A DNA stretch of 64,000 nt from an uncultured Acidobacteriota bacterium (GCA_963714035.1 OY970224.1:1093240-1157239); one strand, 5' to 3'. Positions 45,348 through 56,613 are shown, counted from the first letter of the stretch. Numbers and translations are program-made. The notes: generated by a model not told the origin, from the letters alone.

Positions 45348-45659
45348 TTACTTGCTCTGGACGGTGAACGCGATGACGAGCGCGTAGATGACGAGCGACT
45401 CGATGAGCGCGAGCCCGAGAATCGCCATCGTCCGGATCGCTCCGGCCGCTCCGGGGTTGCGCGCCATTCCCTCGCACGCCGCCGCCGTGGCCTTGCCCTG
45501 GGCGAAGGCGCCCGCCGCGGCCGCGACCGCGATCGCGAAAGCCGCCCCGACGACCCCCCACTTCACCCCACCGGTTCCCGCTTCGGTTCCCTGAGCGAAC
45601 GCGGGCGCCGCGGTGAGCGCCAGAGTGGTCAGGACCCCGTAGAAAGCCCTCTTCGACAT
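45348..45659 (-). CDS. atpE: F0F1 ATP synthase subunit c, with an N-terminal signal-like extension
   Basis: An AAAGGAGA RBS precedes it. The C-terminal 70 aa form a typical c-subunit hairpin, GMARNPGAAGAIRTMAILGLALIESLVIYALVIAF, with the carboxylate Glu. The first ~25 aa, MSKRAFYGVLTTLALTAAPAFAQG, look like a signal peptide. Confidence 0.85.
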   Translation of the reverse strand: MSKRAFYGVLTTLALTAAPAFAQGTEAGTGGVKWGVVGAAFAIAVAAAAGAFAQGKATAAACEGMARNPGAAGAIRTMAILGLALIESLVIYALVIAFTVQSK

Positions 45660-45705
45660 CGAACGAATCTCCTTTCTTTCCCGTTTTCCCCTTGTGGGGG
45701 CGTTT

Positions 45706-46464
45706 TCAATGCTCTTCGTGGGCGACGGCGCCCGCGATGTAGATCGTCGAGAGGATCACGAAGATGAAAGTCTGCAGGATGGCGCCGATCAGCCCCAGCA
45801 GCATCATCGGCCAGGGCACGATGATCGGAACCATCCCGAAGAAGATCCCCGTCGCCAGGTGCTCGCCTCCGATGTTGCCGACCAGGCGCAACGAGAGAGA
45901 GCCGATCCGGACGAAGACGCTGACCATTTCGATGATGAACAGCACCGGGGCGAGAAGGAGGATCGGTCCCATGAAGTGCCTCAGGTACCCCAGGATTCCG
46001 TGCTCGCGAATGCCCTGCGCGTTGAAGTAAACGAAGGAGATCACCGCGAGTGCGAGCGTCGTCTGGAAGGAGCTCGTCGGCGGCGTGAGGAAGAAGAAGA
46101 AACCCATCAGGTTCGAGAGGAGGATGAAATAGGTGAAGGCCCCGAGGAGCGGGAGGTACCGCTCTCCCGCGCCGTGGCCCACGACGTCATCGATGAGGTC
46201 GCGGACGGCGAGGACGATCATCTCGTTCAGATTCTGGAACCAGCCCGGGCTTTTCTTGCGAAACGTCCGGCTCGCGAGCGGCAGGACGACGGCCAGGGCG
46301 GCGAAGAGCAAAAACGCCATGATGACGTTGTCCTGGAGCCAGATCCGGTCCCCGTCCGGAAAGAGGAACGCGCGCCAGCCGGGCGAGAGCTTCGCCGCGG
46401 GCGGGGCGCCGAGGAGCGCCACGAGGAAGCGATTCACCGGCGCGTAGAGAAAAGAATGTTCCAT
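45706..46464 (-). CDS. atpB: F0F1 ATP synthase subunit a
   Basis: 252 aa and polytopic. The conserved stator Arg motif is SLSLRLVGNIGGEHL. It lies immediately upstream of atpE. Confidence 0.85.
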   Translation of the reverse strand: MEHSFLYAPVNRFLVALLGAPPAAKLSPGWRAFLFPDGDRIWLQDNVIMAFLLFAALAVVLPLASRTFRKKSPGWFQNLNEMIVLAVRDLIDDVVGHGAGERYLPLLGAFTYFILLSNLMGFFFFLTPPTSSFQTTLALAVISFVYFNAQGIREHGILGYLRHFMGPILLLAPVLFIIEMVSVFVRIGSLSLRLVGNIGGEHLATGIFFGMVPIIVPWPMMLLGLIGAILQTFIFVILSTIYIAGAVAHEEH

Positions 46465-46488
46465 CAGGCGCGCTCCGCGATCATCGCT

Positions 46489-46875
46489 TTATTTCGAGGT
46501 TCCACTCGCCTCATTCCCCTTCAATCCCCGGATCCCTTCCCAGACGATCGCCAGGACGATCACCGAAAGCCCCGCGAGGCCCGCGAGGATGTCGAATTCC
46601 TTCCATCTCAAGACCAGAGTCAGGAGCAGGAGTATCCCCAGGAACCCCATCGCCGGAACCGCCACGTCCGAAAATCGCATTCCGGTTCTGGGGGTGAGGA
46701 ACCCTCCCATCACCTTTTCCAGAACGAAAAAGTTGAATATAACGATGGCCGCTCCGATCGTCAAGGAGACGCCCGCGCGCGGTCCGAGGACGCCGAATGC
46801 GGCGGCCGCGCCAACGCCCGAGAGAATCAGCGCGGTGCGTTTCACGCGCCGGAGCACCGAGTCGGGCTCCTTCAC
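46489..46875 (-). CDS. atpI: ATP synthase protein I-like membrane protein
   Basis: GTG at 46875 overlaps the upstream TGA (GTGA). The 128-aa product has four hydrophobic segments and sits directly upstream of atpB. The remainder of track ORF 46489-47481 is read-through. Confidence 0.55.
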   Translation of the reverse strand: MKEPDSVLRRVKRTALILSGVGAAAAFGVLGPRAGVSLTIGAAIVIFNFFVLEKVMGGFLTPRTGMRFSDVAVPAMGFLGILLLLTLVLRWKEFDILAGLAGLSVIVLAIVWEGIRGLKGNEASGTSK

Positions 46876-47108
46876 GACCCGCCTCCATCCTCCTCGTCGG
46901 CCTCGCGAGCGATCTTGTACAGGTTCCAGAATCCGGCGGCGATCCCGAGCGCTCCGCCGACGTACGAGCCCCATGGCGAGGAACCGAACAGCCGGTCGGC
47001 GCCCTTGCCGAGGAAATAGCCGACGACGATGCAAGCCGGAAACGCGACGCCGAGCGTGATCGCATCGGCCGCGGCGCGGAAGCGGGGCTTTCTCGCCATC
47101 CGGCGCAT
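46872..47108 (-). CDS. atpZ: AtpZ/AtpR-like small F0F1-associated membrane protein
   Basis: ATG at 47108. The 78-aa product MRRMARKPRFRAAADAITLGVAFPACIVVGYFLGKGADRLFGSSPWGSYVGGALGIAAGFWNLYKIA has the two-helix pattern typical of AtpZ, with an acidic tail. Confidence 0.5.
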   Translation of the reverse strand: MRRMARKPRFRAAADAITLGVAFPACIVVGYFLGKGADRLFGSSPWGSYVGGALGIAAGFWNLYKIAREADEEDGGGS

Positions 47109-47320
47109 TCTGACGCATCCTGGGAGCCTTCGGGGAAACGCGAACAGCGCGAGCCCCCTGCGGAAATCGAGAGCCGCTGACACGGCGGGTTCCCAGCGCC
47201 GTGACGTGACTCTGAGGCCCACTCCCCGCGGCGCTAACGACACCGCGCGTCAGGCGCGAGCGAGAGACGGGATGCGGGCCTGCCCGCCGTGTCCCGAGGC
47301 GTACCGGGGCGTACGTGAGT

Positions 47321-47592
47321 GCCCCGGAACGGGAATAACGGCAGCGGCGCGCCGGCGGCTTGCGGAGGAGCTCAATGTCGCGCGCCGGGAGCAGATGCCG
47401 TTGTGCATCGGGCCCGGGACGCGACGCCGAGATCGTTCGCAATGCGCCAGCGCCCTTCGGGTTCGGGCGGCGCAGGGCCATCGGCGGCGTTGCCGCGGCT
47501 AGACGATCGCAACCGCATCGCCTTCGCCGCGTCGCCTTGCCGCTGACCCTGCGGCGCTCCGAACGCCGCTGTCGCTATTCCCGTTCCGGGGC
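47321..47592. repeat. Copy B of the two-copy structured element: conserved core closed by a 29-bp near-perfect inverted repeat
   Basis: Left arm gccccggaacgggaataacggcagcggcg (47321-47349) pairs with right arm cgccgctgtcgctattcccgttccggggc (47564-47592) at 27 of 29 Watson-Crick positions. A second 16-bp perfect inverted pair, gcgggcctgcccgccg (47274-47289) with cggcgggcaggcccgc (47601-47616), lies outside it. The core aligns to 28227-28438. Confidence 0.6.
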
Positions 47593-47652
47593 ACCGGGCG
47601 CGGCGGGCAGGCCCGCGCCCGTATTCGCTCGATGCATCACGCGCGGTCGGTC

Positions 47653-49089
47653 TTAGAGGCCGCAGCGCTGAATCAGTGCAATAAACGGCTGGGGAGCGAC
47701 GCCAATCACCATCGTCATCACGGCGCACAGCCCCGCGGACCAGGCGACTCCGGGAGACCCCTTGAGCGGCGCGGCTTCTCCGTCGGTCAGGTACATGGCC
47801 ATCACGATCCGGAAGTAATAGAAGAGCGAGACGGCCGAGGCGAGCACGGCGAGAATCGCGAGCCCGGAATAGCCGGCTTTGACGGCGACCGCGAACAGAT
47901 AGTACTTCCCGATGAACCCTCCGGTCGTCGGGATGCCCGCGAGCGACAGGAGGAAGATCAGCATCACTCCCGCCAGGAGCGGGTTGCGCCGCGCGAGCCC
48001 TTTCCAGTCGTCGATCGACTCCCCGGCGTAGCCCCTCGACTCGAGGAAAATGACGAGCGCGAACGCGCCGAAATTCATGAAGGTGTACGCGAGGAGATAG
48101 ATCTGGATCGCGGCGATCCCTCCGTGGTCGAAGCCGAGGACCCCGAGGAGAGCGTAGCCGGCGTTGGCGATCGACGAGTACGCGAGCAGCCGTTTGACGT
48201 TCGTCTGGAGGAGTGCGGCGACGTTTCCGACGACGAGGGTCGCGGCCGCCGAGATCGCGACGACGAGCTTCCAGTCTGCCGCGAAATGCGGAAGCGCGAC
48301 GTAGAAGATCCGCGCGAGGATCGCGTAGGCGCCCGCCTTCGGTCCGACGGAGAGGAAGGCGGTGATCGGCGTCGGAGCGCCCTCGTAGACGTCGGGCGCC
48401 CACACGTGGAACGGCACGGCCGCGATCTTGAAGAGGATCCCGAAGAGCAGCAGGAGAACGCCGATCGTCAGGATCCGGTTCGCCGGCGCCGTCGAGAAGG
48501 CCGTCGCGAGATCCACGAGCGCCATCTTTCCCGAGAACCCGTACAGAAGCGAGATCCCGTAAAGCAGGACGCCCGAGGAGAAGGCGCCGAGAATGAAGTA
48601 TTTCGTCGCCGCCTCGGTCGACTTGACCTGCTCCTTGAAGTAACCGGCGAGGACGTACGAGGAGAGCGCCATCAGCTCGAGGCTCACGTAGATCGACGCG
48701 AGGCTGTCGCCCGACGCCATGAACATCGTCCCCACCGTCGCGAAGAGGACGAGCGCGTAGTACTCCCCGGCCGGATACGGCGCGTCCCCGACGAAGCGGA
48801 CCGACGAGAGGACCGTGAGCGCGCCGGAGAGCAGCACGAGAAGCTTGAAGAAGATCGAGAAATTGTCCGCGACGAACATTCCCCCGAGAATCGGAGCGGA
48901 TCGCGACGGGTCCTTCCAGAGCACGGCCAGAAGCACGACCGAGCCCGCGATCCCGAAGAGCGCCACCGCGGCGAGCGCTTTCTCTCGCGCCTTCGACGTG
49001 AAGACGGCGAGGCAGAGGATCAGCGAGGCGATCGCCGAGAGGAGCAGCTCCGGCGACAGCACCAGCCAGTCGTGGGGACGGATGGTCAT
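47653..49089 (-). CDS. nuoN: NADH-quinone oxidoreductase subunit N
   Basis: ATG at 49089 overlaps the nuoM TGA (ATGA). N-terminus is MTIRPHDWLVLSPELLLSAIASLILCLAVF. It is an antiporter-like polytopic protein of 478 aa. The upstream part of the track ORF overlaps nuoM out of frame. Confidence 0.88.
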   Translation of the reverse strand: MTIRPHDWLVLSPELLLSAIASLILCLAVFTSKAREKALAAVALFGIAGSVVLLAVLWKDPSRSAPILGGMFVADNFSIFFKLLVLLSGALTVLSSVRFVGDAPYPAGEYYALVLFATVGTMFMASGDSLASIYVSLELMALSSYVLAGYFKEQVKSTEAATKYFILGAFSSGVLLYGISLLYGFSGKMALVDLATAFSTAPANRILTIGVLLLLFGILFKIAAVPFHVWAPDVYEGAPTPITAFLSVGPKAGAYAILARIFYVALPHFAADWKLVVAISAAATLVVGNVAALLQTNVKRLLAYSSIANAGYALLGVLGFDHGGIAAIQIYLLAYTFMNFGAFALVIFLESRGYAGESIDDWKGLARRNPLLAGVMLIFLLSLAGIPTTGGFIGKYYLFAVAVKAGYSGLAILAVLASAVSLFYYFRIVMAMYLTDGEAAPLKGSPGVAWSAGLCAVMTMVIGVAPQPFIALIQRCGL

Positions 49090-50732
49090 CGGACCGCGTC
49101 CGGCGCCGCCGCCGGGAACGCTCCCGGCGAGAGGGCCGGAGACGCCGCGGCCGGAGGGATGGCGCGGGACGCCGCGATCGACGCCGCCCGGGCCGGCGGC
49201 TTCGACGCGCCGTCGATGGCCGCGACGATCCGGTCGACGGGCCGGGCGATCACGTCGAAGAACGGCTGCGGGTAGAGACCGATCCAGAACGCGCAGACGA
49301 CGAGCGGAATCAGGGTCCACTGCTCGCGCGCGTTCATGTCCTGGAGCTTCTGGTTCGCCGGGTTCGAGAGCTCTCCGAAAAACACCCGCTGGTACAGCCA
49401 GAGCAGGTACGCGGCCCCGAGGACAACTCCCCAGAGCGCCCAGAAAGCGAACCAGGGATTGCGCAGATACGCGCCGTTCAGGATCGTGAATTCGCCGACG
49501 AAGCCGTTCAAGAGCGGAAGCCCCATCGACGACATCGCCATGACGAGGAAGAAGACCGCGTAGATCGGCATCTGCTTCGCCAGTCCCCCGTATTCCGCGA
49601 TCAGGCGCGTGTGGCGGCGCTCGTAGACGATGCCGACGAGCAGGAAGAGCGCGCCCGTCGAGATGCCGTGGTTGATCATCTGGAGGATCCCGCCGCGGAG
49701 GCCCGCCGGGTTGAGCGCGAAGACGCCGAGCATCACGAAGCCGAGGTGGGACACCGAGGAATAGGCGACGAGCTTCTTCATGTCCTTCTGCACGAGAGAG
49801 ACCATCGCGCCGTAGATGATCCCCACGATCGAGATCGCGATCATCAGGATCGCGACCCAGTGGGTCGTGATCGCACCCGGGAACATCGGGAGCGAGAAGC
49901 GCACGAAACCGTAGGTCCCCATCTTCAGCAGGACGCCCGCGAGGATCACCGAGCCCGCCGTCGGCGCCTCGACGTGCGCATCCGGCAGCCACGTGTGGAA
50001 GGGGAACATCGGCACCTTGATCGCGAACCCGAAGAAGAACGCGAAGAAGAGGAGGATCTGGAAATAGACCGGCATGGACGGCGTGAGCGCGGTCAGCGTC
50101 GGGATGTCGAAGGTCGGCGCGTTGCCGAGCCCCTTCATCCCGAGGACGCCGGTCGTGTTGTAGAAGTAGACCGCGATGATCCCGAGGAGCATCAGGACCG
50201 ATCCCGCGAGCGTGTACAGGAAGAACTTGATCGCGGCGTAGAGCTTCCTCGGGCCGCCCCAGATCCCGATCAGGAAATACATCGGGACCAGCATCACTTC
50301 CCAGAAGACGTAGAACAGGAAGAAATCGAGCGTCATGAACGTCCCGAGCATCCCCGTCTGCAGCAGGAGGAGGAAGACGTAGTACTCCTTCTGCCGCTCG
50401 TGGATCGCCGTGTACGACGAATACACGGAGATGAAGCCGAGAAGCGTCGTCAGCAGGATGAGGAGGAGCGAGATCCCGTCGATCCCGAAGTGGTACTTCA
50501 CGCCGAGCGACGGGATCCAGCTCGCGACCTCCTGGAACTGGAACCCGTCCTTGCCGCGGTCGAACCAGAACCAGAGCGGGAGCGAGATCACGAAGTCGAG
50601 CCCCGCGACGACCGTGGCCCAGAGCCGGATCGCTGCCGCCTTCTCCTTCGGAACCAGGAAGACCATGAGGAGCGCTCCCGCGAGGGGGACGTAGGCGACG
50701 ATCGACAGGATGTGCTGCTGAAAAAATGCCAT
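49086..50732 (-). CDS. nuoM: NADH-quinone oxidoreductase subunit M
   Basis: 548 aa. Mrp-antiporter-like motifs FHTWLPDAHVEAPTAGSVILAGVLLKMGTYG are present, followed by an Ala/Pro-rich C-terminal tail of about 50 aa. Confidence 0.9.
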   Translation of the reverse strand: MAFFQQHILSIVAYVPLAGALLMVFLVPKEKAAAIRLWATVVAGLDFVISLPLWFWFDRGKDGFQFQEVASWIPSLGVKYHFGIDGISLLLILLTTLLGFISVYSSYTAIHERQKEYYVFLLLLQTGMLGTFMTLDFFLFYVFWEVMLVPMYFLIGIWGGPRKLYAAIKFFLYTLAGSVLMLLGIIAVYFYNTTGVLGMKGLGNAPTFDIPTLTALTPSMPVYFQILLFFAFFFGFAIKVPMFPFHTWLPDAHVEAPTAGSVILAGVLLKMGTYGFVRFSLPMFPGAITTHWVAILMIAISIVGIIYGAMVSLVQKDMKKLVAYSSVSHLGFVMLGVFALNPAGLRGGILQMINHGISTGALFLLVGIVYERRHTRLIAEYGGLAKQMPIYAVFFLVMAMSSMGLPLLNGFVGEFTILNGAYLRNPWFAFWALWGVVLGAAYLLWLYQRVFFGELSNPANQKLQDMNAREQWTLIPLVVCAFWIGLYPQPFFDVIARPVDRIVAAIDGASKPPARAASIAASRAIPPAAASPALSPGAFPAAAPDAVR

Positions 50733-50746
50733 GCGTCAGTTCCTTC

Positions 50747-52936
<2,190 letters not shown>

Positions 52937-52940
52937 CGCT

Positions 52941-53246
52941 TCAGCCTTCCATCGTGTCGGCTTCGTCGACGTTCAATGTCTGACGCTGCCGGTAGAGCGA
53001 GATGATGATCGCGAGCCCGATCGCGGCCTCGCCGGCGGCGATCGTGATGACGAAGATCGAGAAGATCTGGCCGGTCAGGTCGGACAGCCTCCGCGAGAAC
53101 GCGATCAGGTTCAGGTTGACGGCGTTCAGCATCAGCTCGATCGACATGAGCACGGTCAGGAAGTTCCGGCGCACGAGGACGCCCACGAATCCGATCGTGA
53201 AGATCAGGAAGGAGAGCGCGAGATAGTCGTTGACCGTGACGTTCAT
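52941..53246 (-). CDS. nuoK: NADH-quinone oxidoreductase subunit K
   Basis: 101 aa with three TM segments. It has the LMLNAVNLNLIAF and GEAAIGLAIIISLYR motifs. Confidence 0.9.
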   Translation of the reverse strand: MNVTVNDYLALSFLIFTIGFVGVLVRRNFLTVLMSIELMLNAVNLNLIAFSRRLSDLTGQIFSIFVITIAAGEAAIGLAIIISLYRQRQTLNVDEADTMEG

Positions 53247-53247
53247 C

Positions 53248-53802
53248 TCAATCCATCTTCTCGACCGACCGGCGGCCGAGCACCACCGCGCCGACGATCG
53301 CGACCAGCAGGAAGAGCGACGCGATCTCGAACGGCAGCAGGTACTCGCGGTAGAGCCCCCAGGCGATCGCCTGGCTGTTGCCGAGCACCCGCCCGGCCAC
53401 GGTCCGGAACGCGTCGGGCGAGAAGGGCGCCCCCGGGCCGATCGGATCGAGGATGAGCTGCGCGTCGAAGAGGACGTTCAGCACGAACCCGAGCACGACC
53501 GCGGCGACGATCTGCTTCTGGTAAGGATCCGTCTGCGGCAGGCGCTGCACGTTGACGAGCATGATCACGAAGAGGAACAGCACCATGATCCCGCCCGCGT
53601 AAACGAGGATCTGGACGGCGCCGACGAACTCGGCGCTCTGGAGGAAGAAGATCCCCGCGACCATGAGGAACGCCGCGAGGAGGAAAAGTGCGGAATGGAT
53701 CGGGTTCCGGGCGAGGACGACCGAAATCGCGCACACGACGGCGATGAGCGCGAAGATCGCGAAGATCCCGCCGGAGAGTCCCGTGAGGAGAGCCTCGCTC
53801 AA
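53248..53802 (-). CDS. nuoJ: NADH-quinone oxidoreductase subunit J
   Basis: TTG at 53802 overlaps the nuoI TGA (TTGA). The motif is ARNPIHSALFLLAAFLMVAGIFFLQSAEFVGAVQILVYAGGIMVLFLFVIMLV. Confidence 0.8.
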   Translation of the reverse strand: MSEALLTGLSGGIFAIFALIAVVCAISVVLARNPIHSALFLLAAFLMVAGIFFLQSAEFVGAVQILVYAGGIMVLFLFVIMLVNVQRLPQTDPYQKQIVAAVVLGFVLNVLFDAQLILDPIGPGAPFSPDAFRTVAGRVLGNSQAIAWGLYREYLLPFEIASLFLLVAIVGAVVLGRRSVEKMD

Positions 53803-54275
53803 CCCTGCTCCGTGATCGTGAAGGGCTTGACGTTCTCGTCCCAGTCGGTCAGCTGGTCGATGCCGAGATAGAGCGCCTGGTTGCGCTCGTAGGTCGCGAG
53901 CTCGTAGGTCTTCGTCGTGAGCCAGATGGACTTCGGCACCGTCGGACAGGCTTCCTCGCAGAGCTGGCAGAACATGCAGCGCTTCAAGTCGACGTCGAAC
54001 CGGTCGAGCACCTTCACCGACTTCCCGGCCTCGTTCTTCTCGTTGTGGAAGTCGATGTAGATGATGTTGATCGGGCACTCGATCGCGCAGAGCGTGCACT
54101 TGATGCACCGCTCCTCGTCCAGCCGGAACATCCCCCGGAACCGGTCGGACGGTTCCTTCTTCTCCTCGGGGTACTGGATCGTCGTCTTCTTCTTGACGAG
54201 ATGCCGCCCCGTGACGCCGAGCCCGTCGAAGAGGTCGAGGAGGGTCAGTCGATCGAGCCATTTCTTGAGCTTCAC
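53799..54275 (-). CDS. nuoI: NADH-quinone oxidoreductase subunit I (2x[4Fe-4S] ferredoxin)
   Basis: GTG at 54275 follows GGAGG and overlaps the nuoH TGA (GTGA). The two cluster motifs are CIKCTLCAIECP and CMFCQLCEEACP. Confidence 0.85.
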   Translation of the reverse strand: MKLKKWLDRLTLLDLFDGLGVTGRHLVKKKTTIQYPEEKKEPSDRFRGMFRLDEERCIKCTLCAIECPINIIYIDFHNEKNEAGKSVKVLDRFDVDLKRCMFCQLCEEACPTVPKSIWLTTKTYELATYERNQALYLGIDQLTDWDENVKPFTITEQG

Positions 54276-55411
54276 GGGCGGACCTCCGCCACGGCGAGAC
54301 GGCGCCGGAGCCTGGAAAGGAGGAAGAGGAGGACGAAGAACGCGGTGAGCACCCCGCCGAGGATCCGGAGGCCGCGTCCGTGCACGGTGTCGGCGAGGAC
54401 GCATCCCGCGACGATCATGATGTTGGCGAGCGCCATCGGGATCAGCCATTTCCACCCGAGATTCATCAGCTGGTCGAACCGGTAGCGCGGGAACGTCGAC
54501 CGGAACCAGATGTAGCAGAAGATGAAGAACCCGACCTTCAGCAGGAACCACAAGATCCCGGGGACGACCCGCAGCCCGGGAAGCAGGTGCGGGAAAGGCG
54601 GAAGCCACCCGCCGAAGAAGAGCGTGACCGCGACGGACGAGACGACGATCATCGCGGTGTATTCGCCGAGGAAGTAGAAGGCGAACTTGATCCCGGAGTA
54701 CTCGGTGTTGAATCCGGAAACGAGCTCCGACTCGGCCTCGGGGAGGTCGAACGGGTTGCGGTTGGTCTCCGCGATCCCGGAGACGAAATAGAGGAAGAAG
54801 GAGAGGAGGCCGGGAAAGATGAACCAGAGGTGCAGCCGGTCCTGAACGCGCACGATCTCGACGAGCGAGAGCGAACGCGACATCAGGAGCACCGCGACGA
54901 TCGAAAGCCCCATCGGGACTTCGTAGGAGACGAGCTGCGCCGCCGAGCGCAGTCCGCCGAGCAGGGAGAACTTGTTGTTCGACGCCCAACCTCCGAGGAT
55001 GATCCCGTACACGCCGATCGACGTGATGCCGAGGAGAAAGAGCAGCCCGACGTTGACGTCGGCGACGTAGAGCGGCGTTTCGACGCCCGCAATCCGGATG
55101 CTCTCGCCGAACGGAATCAGCGCGAGCGCGGTGAGGGCCGGGATCACGGAGAGCACCGGCCCGAGGAAGTGGCTCACCTTCTCGGCCCGGGTCGGCGTGA
55201 GGTCCTCCTTCGTCACGAGCTTCAGGAGGTCCGCGAGCCCCTGCAGGAGGCCCTGCGGCCCCACGCGGTTGGGCCCGAGCCGTCCCTGCATGAACCCCAT
55301 GATCCGGCGCTCGGCGTAGACGATCACGAACCCGACGATCGCCGGGACGACGAGGACGATCAGGAGGATCTTGACGGCCGTGAGCACCGTCTGGAGCGTG
55401 GCCGGGCTCAC
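54272..55411 (-). CDS. nuoH: NADH-quinone oxidoreductase subunit H
   Basis: GTG at 55411 overlaps the nuoD TGA (GTGA). It has AERRIMGFMQGRLGPNRVGPQGLLQGLADLLKL and FDLPEAESELVSGFNTEYSG motifs. Confidence 0.85.
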   Translation of the reverse strand: MSPATLQTVLTAVKILLIVLVVPAIVGFVIVYAERRIMGFMQGRLGPNRVGPQGLLQGLADLLKLVTKEDLTPTRAEKVSHFLGPVLSVIPALTALALIPFGESIRIAGVETPLYVADVNVGLLFLLGITSIGVYGIILGGWASNNKFSLLGGLRSAAQLVSYEVPMGLSIVAVLLMSRSLSLVEIVRVQDRLHLWFIFPGLLSFFLYFVSGIAETNRNPFDLPEAESELVSGFNTEYSGIKFAFYFLGEYTAMIVVSSVAVTLFFGGWLPPFPHLLPGLRVVPGILWFLLKVGFFIFCYIWFRSTFPRYRFDQLMNLGWKWLIPMALANIMIVAGCVLADTVHGRGLRILGGVLTAFFVLLFLLSRLRRRLAVAEVRP

Positions 55412-56613
55412 CGGTCGACCTCGCCGAGAACGATGTCGACGGTGCCGATGAGGGCGACGAGGTCGGACACCAGGTGACCGCGGGCGAGCCGCGGCAGCGC
55501 CTGGAGGTTGATGAAGGAGGGCGGCCGCACGTGGAGCCGATACGGCTTGCTCGTGCCGTTGGACACGAGGTAGAACCCGATCTCCCCTTTGGGAGACTCG
55601 ACCGACGCGTACACCTCTTCGGCGGTCGGCTTGATGACGCGGGGAACCTTCCCCTTGATCTCGCCCGGCTCGAGCCGGTCGAGGCACTGGCGGACGATCT
55701 TCGCCGACTGGCGCATTTCTTCGATCCGCACGAGGTAGCGATCGTACGTGTCGCCGTTCTTCCCGGTCGGCACGACGAAATCGAGCTCCTCGTAGCATTC
55801 GTACGGCTGCGCTCGCCGGAGATCCCACTCGACGCCGGAGCCCCGGATCACGGGCCCCGTCAGGCCCCATTCGATGCACTCCTCGGCCGAGATCACGCCG
55901 ATTCCCACCGTCCGCTTCTTCCAGATGCGGTTGTCGGTCAGCAGCGTCTCGTAGTCGTCGATCTTCGACGGGAAATCGTCGATGAACGCGCGGACCGCTT
56001 CCGTCCATCCCGGGGTCAGGTCGAACGGCAGCCCCCCGATCCGCATGCAGTTCAACGTCAGCCGCGCGCCGCAGTACTCCTCGAAGAAATCGAGGATCTG
56101 CTCCCGCTCGCGGAAGCAGTACCAGAAGGGCGTCACCGCGCCGAGGTCGATTCCCGAGGTGCCGAGCCAGACCAGATGCGACGAGATCCGCTGGAGCTCG
56201 TCGAGGATCACGCGAATGAGCTGGGCGCGGCGCGGGATCTCGACGCCGAGCAGCTTCTCGACGGTCAGGCAGTACGCGTGGTTGCTCGTCGCCGCGGCGA
56301 TGTAGTCCATCCGGTCCGTGTGCGGGATGGCCATCGGATACGTCTCGGTCTCGAAGAGCTTTTCGGTGCCGCGATGCAGATAGCCGATGTCGGGAATCGC
56401 GTCGACGATCTTCTCGCCGTCGACCTTCAGCACGATCCGGAGCACGCCGTGCGTGGAGGGATGCTGCGGCCCGAAGTTGAGCTCCATCTCCGTGACGTCG
56501 AAGAGGGTCTTCGGCGCCGCGACGGTGCGGGCGGGCGGCTGGTGGAGCGTCGCGGCGGCTTTCGCCCGCGCGGCGAAGTAGTCGGCCTCTTCCTGCTCGG
56601 GGGTGCGGCTCAT
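55408..56613 (-). CDS. nuoD: NADH-quinone oxidoreductase subunit D
   Basis: NFGPQHPSTHGVLRIVLKVDGE and the C-terminal DIVLGEVDR are present. The ATG at 56613 is preferred over the ATG at 56676, whose 21 extra codons have poor third-position GC and lie in a duplicated intergenic motif. Confidence 0.85.
   Translation of the reverse strand: MSRTPEQEEADYFAARAKAAATLHQPPARTVAAPKTLFDVTEMELNFGPQHPSTHGVLRIVLKVDGEKIVDAIPDIGYLHRGTEKLFETETYPMAIPHTDRMDYIAAATSNHAYCLTVEKLLGVEIPRRAQLIRVILDELQRISSHLVWLGTSGIDLGAVTPFWYCFREREQILDFFEEYCGARLTLNCMRIGGLPFDLTPGWTEAVRAFIDDFPSKIDDYETLLTDNRIWKKRTVGIGVISAEECIEWGLTGPVIRGSGVEWDLRRAQPYECYEELDFVVPTGKNGDTYDRYLVRIEEMRQSAKIVRQCLDRLEPGEIKGKVPRVIKPTAEEVYASVESPKGEIGFYLVSNGTSKPYRLHVRPPSFINLQALPRLARGHLVSDLVALIGTVDIVLGEVDR

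Noticed and set aside
45348-45659. Calling the c subunit Na+-specific or the operon an N-type ATPase.
   Set aside because: Only part of the Na+ motif is present: Glu-Ser and Tyr are there, but the TM1 Gln and the Thr are missing. No atpQ/atpR-type context or beta/epsilon-first gene order is seen.
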